DNA of 24,000 nucleotides from an uncultured archaeon (GCA_964632315.1 CAZWEM010000041.1:14578-38577); one strand, 5' to 3'; counted from the first letter of the stretch, positions 16,334-24,000 are shown. The notes: generated by a model from the letters alone, not told the origin. Program-made: numbers and translations.

Positions 16334-17255
16334 GAATAGGATCGTTGTATTAGCGGGTGGCGTCGGAGCAGCAAAATTTATTGATGGTTTAATCAGAGTA
16401 ATTGATCCAGAGAGGTTAGTGATAATAGTAAACACTGGAGACGATCTCGATCTCTTTGGTCTAAAAATTTGTCCTGACATTGATATTATTACATACACGC
16501 TTGCGAATGTAATTGATCGAGATAAAGGTTGGGGATTTAGTAATGAAACCTTTAATTCTTTAAAATTATTACAAAAATATTATGACATTGGATGGTTTAA
16601 TCTTGGTGATAAGGATTTAGCAACTCATATCTTCCGAACTGATCTCTTTAATCAAGGATTAAGTAAATCTGAAATTACATCTATAATTTGTAGGAAATTA
16701 GGAATAAAAGCTCGAGTAATACCTATGTGCAACGAATCAGTTATTACTAAAATTAAAACATCTTCAGAAGAAATGCATTTTGAAGAGTATTACATAAAGT
16801 ATCGGTGTGAACCGACTATTCTAGATTTCTTTTTTGATGGTATAGATAAGGCAAATCCAGTTAAAGGTGTGATTACCGAATTAAAAGAAGCAGAAAAAAT
16901 CATTATTAGCCCATCTAATCCATTTGTATCAATTGGAACCATCCTTGGGGTACAAGGAATAAAAGATGTTTTAAAACAAAAAAGGAAAAATGTTTATGGA
17001 ATTAGCCCGATCGTAGAGGGGAAAGCTATAAAGGGACCAGCCGATAAGTTAATGCAATGTTTGGGATATGAAGTATCTTGTAAAACTGTAGCCGAAATCT
17101 ATAGAGAAATTTTGGCCAATTTCATAATCGATAAGAGAGATTCTTTTTTAAAACCTGACATTGAACAATTAGGTTTGAATTGCTATTGTTTTGATACAAT
17201 AATGGATAATTTAGAAAAAAAAAAAGCTCTAGCAGAATTTGTGATGAATCTTTAA
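16314..17255 (+). CDS. cofD: 2-phospho-L-lactate (or EPPG) transferase CofD/FbiA
   Basis: 313 aa with VVLAGGVGAAKF, VNTGDD and ISPSNPFVSIGTIL motifs. GTG start at 16314 overlaps cofE by 20 nt. An alternative TTG at 16326 is also possible. Confidence 0.88.
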   Translation: MKRILNENRIVVLAGGVGAAKFIDGLIRVIDPERLVIIVNTGDDLDLFGLKICPDIDIITYTLANVIDRDKGWGFSNETFNSLKLLQKYYDIGWFNLGDKDLATHIFRTDLFNQGLSKSEITSIICRKLGIKARVIPMCNESVITKIKTSSEEMHFEEYYIKYRCEPTILDFFFDGIDKANPVKGVITELKEAEKIIISPSNPFVSIGTILGVQGIKDVLKQKRKNVYGISPIVEGKAIKGPADKLMQCLGYEVSCKTVAEIYREILANFIIDKRDSFLKPDIEQLGLNCYCFDTIMDNLEKKKALAEFVMNL

Positions 17256-18688
17256 GTTTCCATCGTTTGAGTTTCCACAGTAATCTCTTGTTCTAACGGT
17301 TCATCCTTTTTAACATAATCTCCCACAGATGCTAATATCTCTTTAATCCTACCCTCTTGTTGTAATCTAATGATAAGACTACGATGCTTAATATATGAAA
17401 TAATTTTAGATATCACAGGGAAAACCAACATTATAGGAATTAATAATATTATTACTACTTCTGGCGAGTACATAGCCACACTTTCTGAAATTGCTGGAGG
17501 CATGTTGAAAACATACACAAAAAACCAATGTGGATGGATTATCACAAAACTTATTAAAATTAAAATTACTAATCGAGAAATAAAATTGACTATAGTTGAT
17601 AACGCAAGGACTTTTGCTTTTGGGGTAGAAGATCTCGCAGTTAAGGTGTCACGAGCTTCCGGATCTTCCCTAAACAGTCTTTCTATATATTTTCCAAGTC
17701 TCCTTGTCTTTGATGCTGCTGTGACTAATTTCTTTTCTTCCTCTTCAAGCTTTCTCTTTTCAATCATTTCTTTTACATATGAAAATCTTTCTTCGAGTTT
17801 TAAAAGAAATTTATTCACACTTGTTTTTTCTTCAATTTGAAGTTCTTCTTTTCTTTTTTTAGCTTCTTCCCTTATTTTATCAATATTAGCTACAACAAAG
17901 TGAGATTCACTTTCTAAAATCCCGAGTTGTGCTTCCAATCGATCGCTCCTCTGTAAAGAGGGCTTTGTCACTGTATATGTATAATTTATTTGAAATGATA
18001 ATTCTAAATAAACGTAAGAGATGATTGCAAGAAGAATAACGGGACTTGCTAAAAATTGAAAAAAATCATCAATGGGTATATAAGAAAAGGCTGGATCTAA
18101 TGGGTTAGGGATGTTATCTAAGTATGCGTGGGGAATATATAAAAGATCCATCATATTTCTAAATCCAAAGACCATTAAAGGTACAACTATCATCGCTATT
18201 AAAGATCCAATAGCTATCATATCATATTTTGGATTATTTTGTAAAAATGATCGAATTAGATATATAACTGATACAATAATTAAAATTTGAAAAGAAAACA
18301 AATATAAATCGCCCGTGAAAACCGATATTTCAGCCATTATTAGATCAGGTATCTCTGTTAATAAAGGAACATTCCCATTCGGAAAAGTAAACCATAACCT
18401 AACGAAATTTCTAATTAATTGGTCTAAAAAATTGAACATAAAATCGGGATTGATAAAAAACATAAATGAAGTAAGTTGAATGAAAGCAATCGCAATCAAG
18501 TAAATTATTCCAAAGAAAGCATAGGTGAGAATGTTTCTCACTCCTTCAAAAAATGCTATAATTACCAAATCTCCTTCAGAGGTTGTCATAACTTGATCAA
18601 TGTGAAAAACTGAAAAAAATAGGAATAAAATCCACACATACACAAGAATTTTTATGATTTTTAGACCATAAAAATAATATCTTACCAT
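17252..18688 (-). CDS. cysteine-free polytopic membrane protein with a central charged coiled-coil segment; last gene of the MoxR module
   Basis: 478 aa. About 7 N-terminal TM helices are followed by roughly 110 aa rich in E/K/R (IREEAKKRKEELQIEEK...KRKLEEEEKK), then 2-3 more TM helices and a charged tail. There are no Cys residues at all. The start lies 2 nt after the DUF58 stop. Confidence 0.6.
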   Translation of the reverse strand: MVRYYFYGLKIIKILVYVWILFLFFSVFHIDQVMTTSEGDLVIIAFFEGVRNILTYAFFGIIYLIAIAFIQLTSFMFFINPDFMFNFLDQLIRNFVRLWFTFPNGNVPLLTEIPDLIMAEISVFTGDLYLFSFQILIIVSVIYLIRSFLQNNPKYDMIAIGSLIAMIVVPLMVFGFRNMMDLLYIPHAYLDNIPNPLDPAFSYIPIDDFFQFLASPVILLAIISYVYLELSFQINYTYTVTKPSLQRSDRLEAQLGILESESHFVVANIDKIREEAKKRKEELQIEEKTSVNKFLLKLEERFSYVKEMIEKRKLEEEEKKLVTAASKTRRLGKYIERLFREDPEARDTLTARSSTPKAKVLALSTIVNFISRLVILILISFVIIHPHWFFVYVFNMPPAISESVAMYSPEVVIILLIPIMLVFPVISKIISYIKHRSLIIRLQQEGRIKEILASVGDYVKKDEPLEQEITVETQTMET

Positions 18689-18690
18689 TT

Positions 18691-20031
18691 TTAATAAGCA
18701 CTTCCCTTTTTTTTAGCTTCTACATAGGTTTTTAATACACTTGACATCATATCGTCAGGACCAACAGTAATTAAATTTATTCCAAGATTTCGGAGCTCTC
18801 GGCGAATTTTGATAATATGTTCCATCATTTCTTCACTTATTGCTTCCGCTAATGCTTTATCTGTCGTAGATAAGTCGATTTCATGAATTTCAAACCAAGG
18901 ACTAAATGGATTTATGATTATAATAGAATGATTGAAAGGAACTAGTTTTTTAACTGCTTGGGCTATCTCTTTAACATTTCCCTCCAAATCAGAGATTATG
19001 AAAATTAAACTGCGCTTTTGAAAGCGCCTATTAAAATGATCTATTGCCTCAACCATTCTGTTTTTTCCCTGAGGTTTAATTCTGGCAACAAAATCTAATA
19101 CTCGGTAGAAATGATCCTCTCCTTTACCTGGCTTCAAAAAATTAAAATTTTTTCTATCTGAAAATGTAAACACTCCGACATTATCTCTTCGAGTGAGTGC
19201 TACCTTTGTAAGCAACATACAAGCTCGAATTGCATATTCAAATTTTGTGTTTTCAATCGCACCCCCTGCCATACTATTTGAGGAATCAACTAAAATCATT
19301 ATGGAAATGTCTCTTTCACTTTCAAATTCCCTAACAATTAGTTGTTGTGAACGAGCACTAGCTTTCCAATCAATTAATCTGAATTGATCTCCAAATACAT
19401 ATTTTCTCATCCCATAAAATTCGGATCCTAATCCTTTTTGTTTGGATCTTTCCAAACCATAGTTTAACTGGAGTGATCTTTTAGAACCCAAAATCTCAAT
19501 TCTTTTAATATCTTCATAAGGAGGATATATTAAGATATCAGAGACACTATCAGGAATGATCCTTTCCACGGAGTTAAATCCGAGCCGATCTTTTATAGTA
19601 ACTGATATTGGGCCCAATGGATATTCACCTCTAACTTTTGGTTCTAAAATGTAAGAGAATTTAACTATTGCTTTGGGGCCAATTCTGGTTGAAATAAAAT
19701 TTTCACCGAGCACTAGTTTAAATAATTGTGGATTAAAGTAGTCTCTGATTTCTAGGAATTCAAAACTTTTTTTACCAGTGTTTTCAATTATCACTTTAAT
19801 GTGAACAAAATCATCCTTGAAAACTTTGTTCTTTTCCAACTCTCTATGAACTCTGAGTTCTTCTACATTCATTTGCCAATAAAAAATCGGTAAACTAATA
19901 ATTGTGCTGAATAAAAATAATACTGCGATGTAAATAAAAAAATAATTCACAAACGCAAATCCTGCAGTTAGAAAGAAAACTGAAAATAATATTAGTGTAC
20001 GTCCTTTTCCACCTAACACTTTATTCACCAC
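18691..20031 (-). CDS. DUF58-family protein (vWA-like, MIDAS DxSxS) with N-terminal membrane hairpin
   Basis: 446 aa. Two N-terminal TM helices, a beta-rich region, then the DUF58 signature FRLIDWKASARSQQLIVREFESERDISIMILVDSSNSM. It lies directly downstream of MoxR, the canonical pairing. Confidence 0.82.
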   Translation of the reverse strand: MVNKVLGGKGRTLILFSVFFLTAGFAFVNYFFIYIAVLFLFSTIISLPIFYWQMNVEELRVHRELEKNKVFKDDFVHIKVIIENTGKKSFEFLEIRDYFNPQLFKLVLGENFISTRIGPKAIVKFSYILEPKVRGEYPLGPISVTIKDRLGFNSVERIIPDSVSDILIYPPYEDIKRIEILGSKRSLQLNYGLERSKQKGLGSEFYGMRKYVFGDQFRLIDWKASARSQQLIVREFESERDISIMILVDSSNSMAGGAIENTKFEYAIRACMLLTKVALTRRDNVGVFTFSDRKNFNFLKPGKGEDHFYRVLDFVARIKPQGKNRMVEAIDHFNRRFQKRSLIFIISDLEGNVKEIAQAVKKLVPFNHSIIIINPFSPWFEIHEIDLSTTDKALAEAISEEMMEHIIKIRRELRNLGINLITVGPDDMMSSVLKTYVEAKKKGSAY

Positions 20032-20059
20032 TTTTTATTTCTTTTTTTAAAAAAATTGG

Positions 20060-21040
20060 TTATATTGGTACGGGTATTTCTTCTACTATCGATTTAAGAA
20101 CTGATTTTGTATCTAACCCTTCAAGCTCACTTTCAGCTTTCAACATTATTCTATGATTCAATGCGGGTATTATTAGTGCTCTTACATCATCAGGGGTCAC
20201 GTATGTACGTCCTAATATTGCAGCCCTTGCTTTAGCACACTTCATCAGAGTAAGTGAGGCTCTTGGGCCGCATCCTAATGCGATTTGAGGGTGATTTCGG
20301 GTTTTTATGATGATATCTCTGACATATTTAAGAATTCTTTCATCAATATATACCATATTCATTACTTTTTGAGCAGCCAAAAGTTCTTCTGCGCTAGTAA
20401 TTACATCAACTGAAGGAGCTTCTCCAGAGATCTGTCTTCTCATTATCTCAACCTCTTCATCCTGTTCTGGATAGTCTAACCATAACTTAAATAAGAACCT
20501 GTCAACTTGGGCCTCTGGTAATGGATACGTTCCTTCCATTTCGACTGGATTTTCTGTGGCGATGACAATAAATGGTTTTTCCAACGCTAAAGTTTGGCCC
20601 TCGATCGTTACCTGTCTTTCCGCCATTGCTTCAAGTAAAGCTGCTTGAGTTTTAGGTGCACTCCTATTGATTTCATCTGCTAACACTACATTAGCAAAAA
20701 TTGGACCTTTCTGGAGGACAAATTGACCTTCGTTTTGATCAAAGATCTTTGTACCAGTTATATCGGCTGGTAATAAATCAGGAGTAAACTGAACTCGTCT
20801 AAATGAGATGCCAAGCGTTTTAGCAAAAGTCTTTGCCATAACAGTCTTGCCAAGGCCCGGCACTCCTTCCAAAAGCACGTGGCCATTAACTAAAAGCGCT
20901 ATAAATAATTGTTGTAACGTTTCTCCATACCCAACGATGACCCTACTCACTTCACTGAGAACCTCCTGAGCAATTTCACGAATAGGGGACACATCCAATT
21001 CTTCACGATCATAATATTTTGCTTTATTTGGGGCTTCCAT
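20060..21040 (-). CDS. moxR: MoxR-family AAA+ ATPase
   Basis: 326 aa with Walker A GVPGLGKT, Walker B VVLADEINRSAPKTQAALLEAMAERQVT, sensor-1 IATENP, and the typical MoxR C-terminal lid (GCGPRASLTLMKCAKARAAILGRTYVTPDDV). Confidence 0.93.
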   Translation of the reverse strand: MEAPNKAKYYDREELDVSPIREIAQEVLSEVSRVIVGYGETLQQLFIALLVNGHVLLEGVPGLGKTVMAKTFAKTLGISFRRVQFTPDLLPADITGTKIFDQNEGQFVLQKGPIFANVVLADEINRSAPKTQAALLEAMAERQVTIEGQTLALEKPFIVIATENPVEMEGTYPLPEAQVDRFLFKLWLDYPEQDEEVEIMRRQISGEAPSVDVITSAEELLAAQKVMNMVYIDERILKYVRDIIIKTRNHPQIALGCGPRASLTLMKCAKARAAILGRTYVTPDDVRALIIPALNHRIMLKAESELEGLDTKSVLKSIVEEIPVPI

Positions 21041-21105
21041 TTTTTTTTCACATCTTTATTTGTAATTTTTGTTATTTTTATTGATTTTATAATTATATTT
21101 GGTTA

Positions 21106-22842
21106 TCATAAATTATTAACAACCCATTCCATCTCAAAGAATAGGCTTTCAAAATCTTCTTCATTTTTTACCTTACTCTTTCCTTCTTTTATTGAAATCA
21201 TCCTATCCATAAATTTAGAGATTCTCTTCATCTTTAATTTATTGATTCTCGTCTCTTTTGAAATAACCATATCAATTACATTCTTTGTGGTTATTTTTTT
21301 ACCTCTAAGTAAAGTATTTAATTTTCTCTCCAATCTTCTATATAACAGAAGCAAGGCTTTTCCATACTTTGCTTTCTCCCTATACCATCCTATTTTTTCT
21401 GCGAAGAAAGATGATGTTCTAAACTTTTCTTTTTCTTCTATTATTTCTTGTTTGGCTGCTTTCTTCTTTTCTTTTTTGCCTCCTTTTTTAGGAAGATACT
21501 TTCTCAAGGTATAAATTGCTATAACAGGATAAATCCAAGCTGTTATCGGATTAGTGGAAAGATGTATGATATATTGAATAAAGAAACCATAAATTCCAGC
21601 AGACGTCAAATCTCTTGAATATTCGGGTCGAATATGAGCTTCATCAAATGCAATAATCCAATTGTCCTTAGGCTCTCCATATGTTAGCCAATCCACTATA
21701 TTAATTGCAAATTGTTTATTATCATACCCAGGCCATTCTATTAATTCATTATCAAACAAGCTAGCATCAGCAGAAACAAACACTCTTCCATTTCCTGTAT
21801 CTTTTGCCATAAAAACCGCCTGAGAATAAATACCTAAAGGCCATTTAGTTGGAAATCCTGGTAGAGATGCCGCTATCATGCTGATATCTACATTATCATC
21901 CTCATATCGATAAACATGATCATCATTTTTATCAACATAACTATATTCTGAGGAAGTTCCTACGACATCCCATCCAAAATAAGATAAAAACGGCCCTCCA
22001 ACAACAGCAGAAGATTGTGATAAGATTAAATTGCTAATCCCAGTAGTTGTTGGATGACCTGGAAATGAATTAATTATTGGAAAATCTGTTCTGGTGTCAT
22101 AAGAAAGATTATCTCTTAAAATTCCATTTGGAAAAATAGTGACTGGGATTTTTCCTCTGATATCAGGGTCCAAAGCACCAGCTAAGAATATTTCCCATAA
22201 CAACCAACTTGAACTGCCGTGATCGTGACATATTAAAATCGAATTTTTACTCTCATTGCTAAAAAAGTCGATAAAATAAGGGATTTCAAAGACAGGATTA
22301 TAGAATTGATTTGGTCCAAAAAGAATTAATAAAATAGATTTATCCAATCTTTCAGTAGCACTAAGACTAGATTGTATTGACATAACTTCATATCCTTGGG
22401 AGGTGAGCGTATCACGGAATTTTGATCCTCCATTCCAATCAGAATTGTAAATAGAAAAGTTTTGATCATTAAGTCCCTGATCAAAAATAGGTCCGAATAA
22501 GGGGATAAAAGCAAATACAAAAATTACTAAGAAAAGAGCTTCTTTGTATATAGAGCCAATTTTAACTTTTTTTCTTGATTGAATCTCTCTTGATTTTTGA
22601 ACTGTGATTTTCCTTATGAATATAATTAATCCTAAACCCAAAAATATTGCTGAAATATAACAAACAAATGGTAAATATGTAATGTATATCGGGAGAAATG
22701 AGCCTGGATTATCTTTTTGAAAGATATCTATAAAATTAGTTAGAAATACACCATAAAAAATGAAAAATATTGTCAAGAAGGAAATAATGATTCCTTTTGA
22801 CAAATTCACATTTTTTCCGGAAGATAATCCTAAATTTGACAT
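21106..22842 (-). CDS. membrane protein with a large extracytoplasmic DUF4350/GldG-like domain and a basic cytoplasmic tail
   Basis: 578 aa. Three to four N-terminal TM helices precede a roughly 300-aa soluble domain (ILLILFGPNQ...ILICHDHGSS, RVFVSADASLFDNE). A further TM follows, then a K-rich tail (KKGGKKEKKKAAK) and a helical C-terminus. The position upstream of MoxR matches the known DUF4350 context. The family assignment is by eye. Confidence 0.55.
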   Translation of the reverse strand: MSNLGLSSGKNVNLSKGIIISFLTIFFIFYGVFLTNFIDIFQKDNPGSFLPIYITYLPFVCYISAIFLGLGLIIFIRKITVQKSREIQSRKKVKIGSIYKEALFLVIFVFAFIPLFGPIFDQGLNDQNFSIYNSDWNGGSKFRDTLTSQGYEVMSIQSSLSATERLDKSILLILFGPNQFYNPVFEIPYFIDFFSNESKNSILICHDHGSSSWLLWEIFLAGALDPDIRGKIPVTIFPNGILRDNLSYDTRTDFPIINSFPGHPTTTGISNLILSQSSAVVGGPFLSYFGWDVVGTSSEYSYVDKNDDHVYRYEDDNVDISMIAASLPGFPTKWPLGIYSQAVFMAKDTGNGRVFVSADASLFDNELIEWPGYDNKQFAINIVDWLTYGEPKDNWIIAFDEAHIRPEYSRDLTSAGIYGFFIQYIIHLSTNPITAWIYPVIAIYTLRKYLPKKGGKKEKKKAAKQEIIEEKEKFRTSSFFAEKIGWYREKAKYGKALLLLYRRLERKLNTLLRGKKITTKNVIDMVISKETRINKLKMKRISKFMDRMISIKEGKSKVKNEEDFESLFFEMEWVVNNL

Positions 22843-22879
22843 TATTCCTCAATAATTTACATATATTCTTTATTTTACT

Positions 22880-23257
22880 TTAAAAACTAACTGTTGGAAT
22901 AGATTTTCCAGTTACCTCATTGTATAATGTAGAAAATAATTGAACTGTGTAATTAATTTCTTTACTAGTTGGTTCAATACCTCCATAAATTATATCTTCG
23001 ATCTTCTTTATAAACGGGTAGACGGACTCTGGTTTCTGATCCAATTCATTCACGCATGTTATAGCATATTCCCGTATCGTTTGATATGCCAAGCGTGGTT
23101 TTTTGAATTTCAATGTGATTATATCGTTGTAGACCAAATATATGTAAGCTATTGCCTCTTTAGCTCTATTAGATTCTACTAAAACCTTCACATTGTCAAA
23201 TTTCTGTCGTATATCTACTTCTGGTTCAATTACTTTTTTCTTTCTTGCCATATTCAT
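22880..23257 (-). CDS. small soluble DUF4129-like helical protein
   Basis: 125 aa: EAIAYIYLVYNDII...YQTIREYAITCV...SVYPFIKKIEDIIYGG...QLFSTLYNEVTG. This helical pattern matches DUF4129 (C-terminal domain found with transglutaminase/MoxR clusters). It is a clear paralogue of the C-terminus of the next gene. Confidence 0.55.
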   Translation of the reverse strand: MNMARKKKVIEPEVDIRQKFDNVKVLVESNRAKEAIAYIYLVYNDIITLKFKKPRLAYQTIREYAITCVNELDQKPESVYPFIKKIEDIIYGGIEPTSKEINYTVQLFSTLYNEVTGKSIPTVSF

Positions 23258-23328
23258 TACCTTTTATCTATTTTTTAACTCTTTATTTATTAATTTTTTT
23301 TGACTTTAAATTTGTTTTTACATTTTGA

Positions 23329-24000
23329 TTAAAAATTTACCACAAAATTGTAACCAGTCAATTCATGATATATTGGTGAAAATAATTCAATTGTATTGTA
23401 AAATTCTTTATCGGTGATTTGAAATGGTTTAGCATAAATTATTTCCTCAACTTTTTGTATGAAAGGATATATTGAAGTTGGAGTTAAATTGAGTTGAGTA
23501 ACCGAAATTATCGCAAAATCACGAATGGTTTCGGTGTCTTTTCTTATTCGACCATATTTTGCTTGTATTAAATCCATATAAATTGCATTAAATAAATATG
23601 ATAAAGATTCTTCCAATCGGCCAGAATCCTTCAGAATTTTTAAGTTTAAGATTCTATCCTCTAATGGCAGGTGGACGACTCTAGATTCTTTTTCACTCTT
23701 CTTATATCGATAAAATCCATATATAGCTAATCCAACAATACTCCCAACTATAATTGGGATAAATATGGTGAAAAAATCCATAAAAGGAACCTCAGTAGGA
23801 GTAGGAGGTGGCGCAGATTCTACCATTATCGAATGACTTGTCGAAAGAACTCCTAAAGGGCCATCCATTTCAATTCGTAATTGGAAATTCCCAGTACCTC
23901 CAGTAAGCTGATATATAAAATCGAAATATCCTCCAGCATCAGTTGCTAGATTAGCAATCACACTTGAATTGTACAAAATCCGAATATTACGATTGTTAAT
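23329..24000 (-). CDS. partial membrane protein: extracytoplasmic beta-sandwich-like region, one TM, cytoplasmic DUF4129-like domain (5' end outside the window)
   Basis: The frame stays open to base 24000 (INNRNIRILYNSS... precedes the TTG that the ORF track used as the start). TDAGGYFDFIYQLTGGTGNFQLRIEMDG resembles carboxypeptidase-regulatory/CARDB-type beta-sandwich repeats. The TM is FFTIFIPIIVGSIVGLAIYGFY. The C-terminal 120 aa are paralogous to ORF 22880-23257. Confidence 0.6.
   Translation of the reverse strand: MNNRNIRILYNSSVIANLATDAGGYFDFIYQLTGGTGNFQLRIEMDGPLGVLSTSHSIMVESAPPPTPTEVPFMDFFTIFIPIIVGSIVGLAIYGFYRYKKSEKESRVVHLPLEDRILNLKILKDSGRLEESLSYLFNAIYMDLIQAKYGRIRKDTETIRDFAIISVTQLNLTPTSIYPFIQKVEEIIYAKPFQITDKEFYNTIELFSPIYHELTGYNFVVNF

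Noticed and set aside
14583-16498. Minus-strand ORFs 14583-14798, 14848-15120, 15256-15465 and 16256-16498
   Set aside because: They are antisense to the lipS, cofE and cofD genes, all of which carry diagnostic motifs.
17370-17840. 156-aa plus-strand ORF
   Set aside because: It lies entirely antisense within the 478-aa membrane gene. Its sequence is low-complexity (S/I/F-rich), typical of a shadow ORF in AT-rich DNA. The minus-strand gene has coherent TM and coiled-coil architecture and operon context.
17252-18688. Calling the last gene of the MoxR module a transglutaminase-like protein by positional analogy
   Set aside because: The protein has no cysteine at all, so the Cys-His-Asp transglutaminase core cannot be present.
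19193-23182. ORFs 19193-19387 (+), 21242-21514 (+), 22326-22520 (-) and 22940-23182 (+)
   Set aside because: They are embedded in, or antisense to, the DUF58, DUF4350-like and DUF4129-like genes. 22326-22520 is an alternative frame on the same strand as the 578-aa gene. None has independent support.
1-24000. tRNA/rRNA genes, CRISPR arrays, transposases/integrases, prophage or defence-island signatures
   Set aside because: I saw no GC-rich structured islands in non-coding DNA, no regularly spaced direct repeats, and no ORF with recombinase, transposase, nuclease or toxin-like motifs. Intergenic regions are short and uniformly AT-rich. The window reads as core chromosome rather than an accessory island.

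Overview
This is a very AT-rich window (about one-third G+C or less, judged by eye) that is almost entirely coding. I count about 21 protein genes. I saw no tRNA or rRNA gene, no CRISPR array and no transposase, integrase or other clear mobile element. It looks like core chromosome from a low-GC, probably uncultured prokaryote. V4R-domain proteins, a LipS1/LipS2-type lipoyl synthase pair, F420 genes, a longin/roadblock-like ORF and N/K/I/E-rich proteins suggest an archaeon, possibly Asgard/Loki-like. That placement is a guess, because TPI, LeuRS and the CofE-nitroreductase fusion are all bacterial-type. Shine-Dalgarno-like GGAGG/AGGTGA motifs precede several starts.

Layout:
- 2-178: 3' end of an unknown ORF.
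- 194-4076: membrane-anchored penicillin-acylase-family Ntn hydrolase flanked by two small polytopic membrane proteins.
- 4108-6079: two translationally coupled V4R-domain genes.
- 6356-8168: thioredoxin, an orphan HdrC-like 2x[4Fe-4S] protein and bacterial-type triosephosphate isomerase.
- 8170-9021: an uncharacterised 283-aa protein.
- 9133-11943: bacterial-type leuS, interrupted by an in-frame TAA.
- 12059-17255: a tight five-gene cofactor operon (radical-SAM LipS, LplA, radical-SAM LipS, CofE-nitroreductase fusion, CofD).
- 17252-24000: a six-gene minus-strand MoxR AAA+ / DUF58 / DUF4350-like / DUF4129-like membrane module.

The most unusual sequence-level observation is in leuS. A 30-nt insertion splits the universally contiguous GYD-SFGLPAE motif. 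It is flanked by identical AGT codons and folds into a hairpin that places the in-frame TAA in its loop. It could be a recoding, bypassing or split-gene site, or simply an error or pseudogene. The MoxR module and the V4R pair are the best candidates for uncharacterised multi-protein systems.
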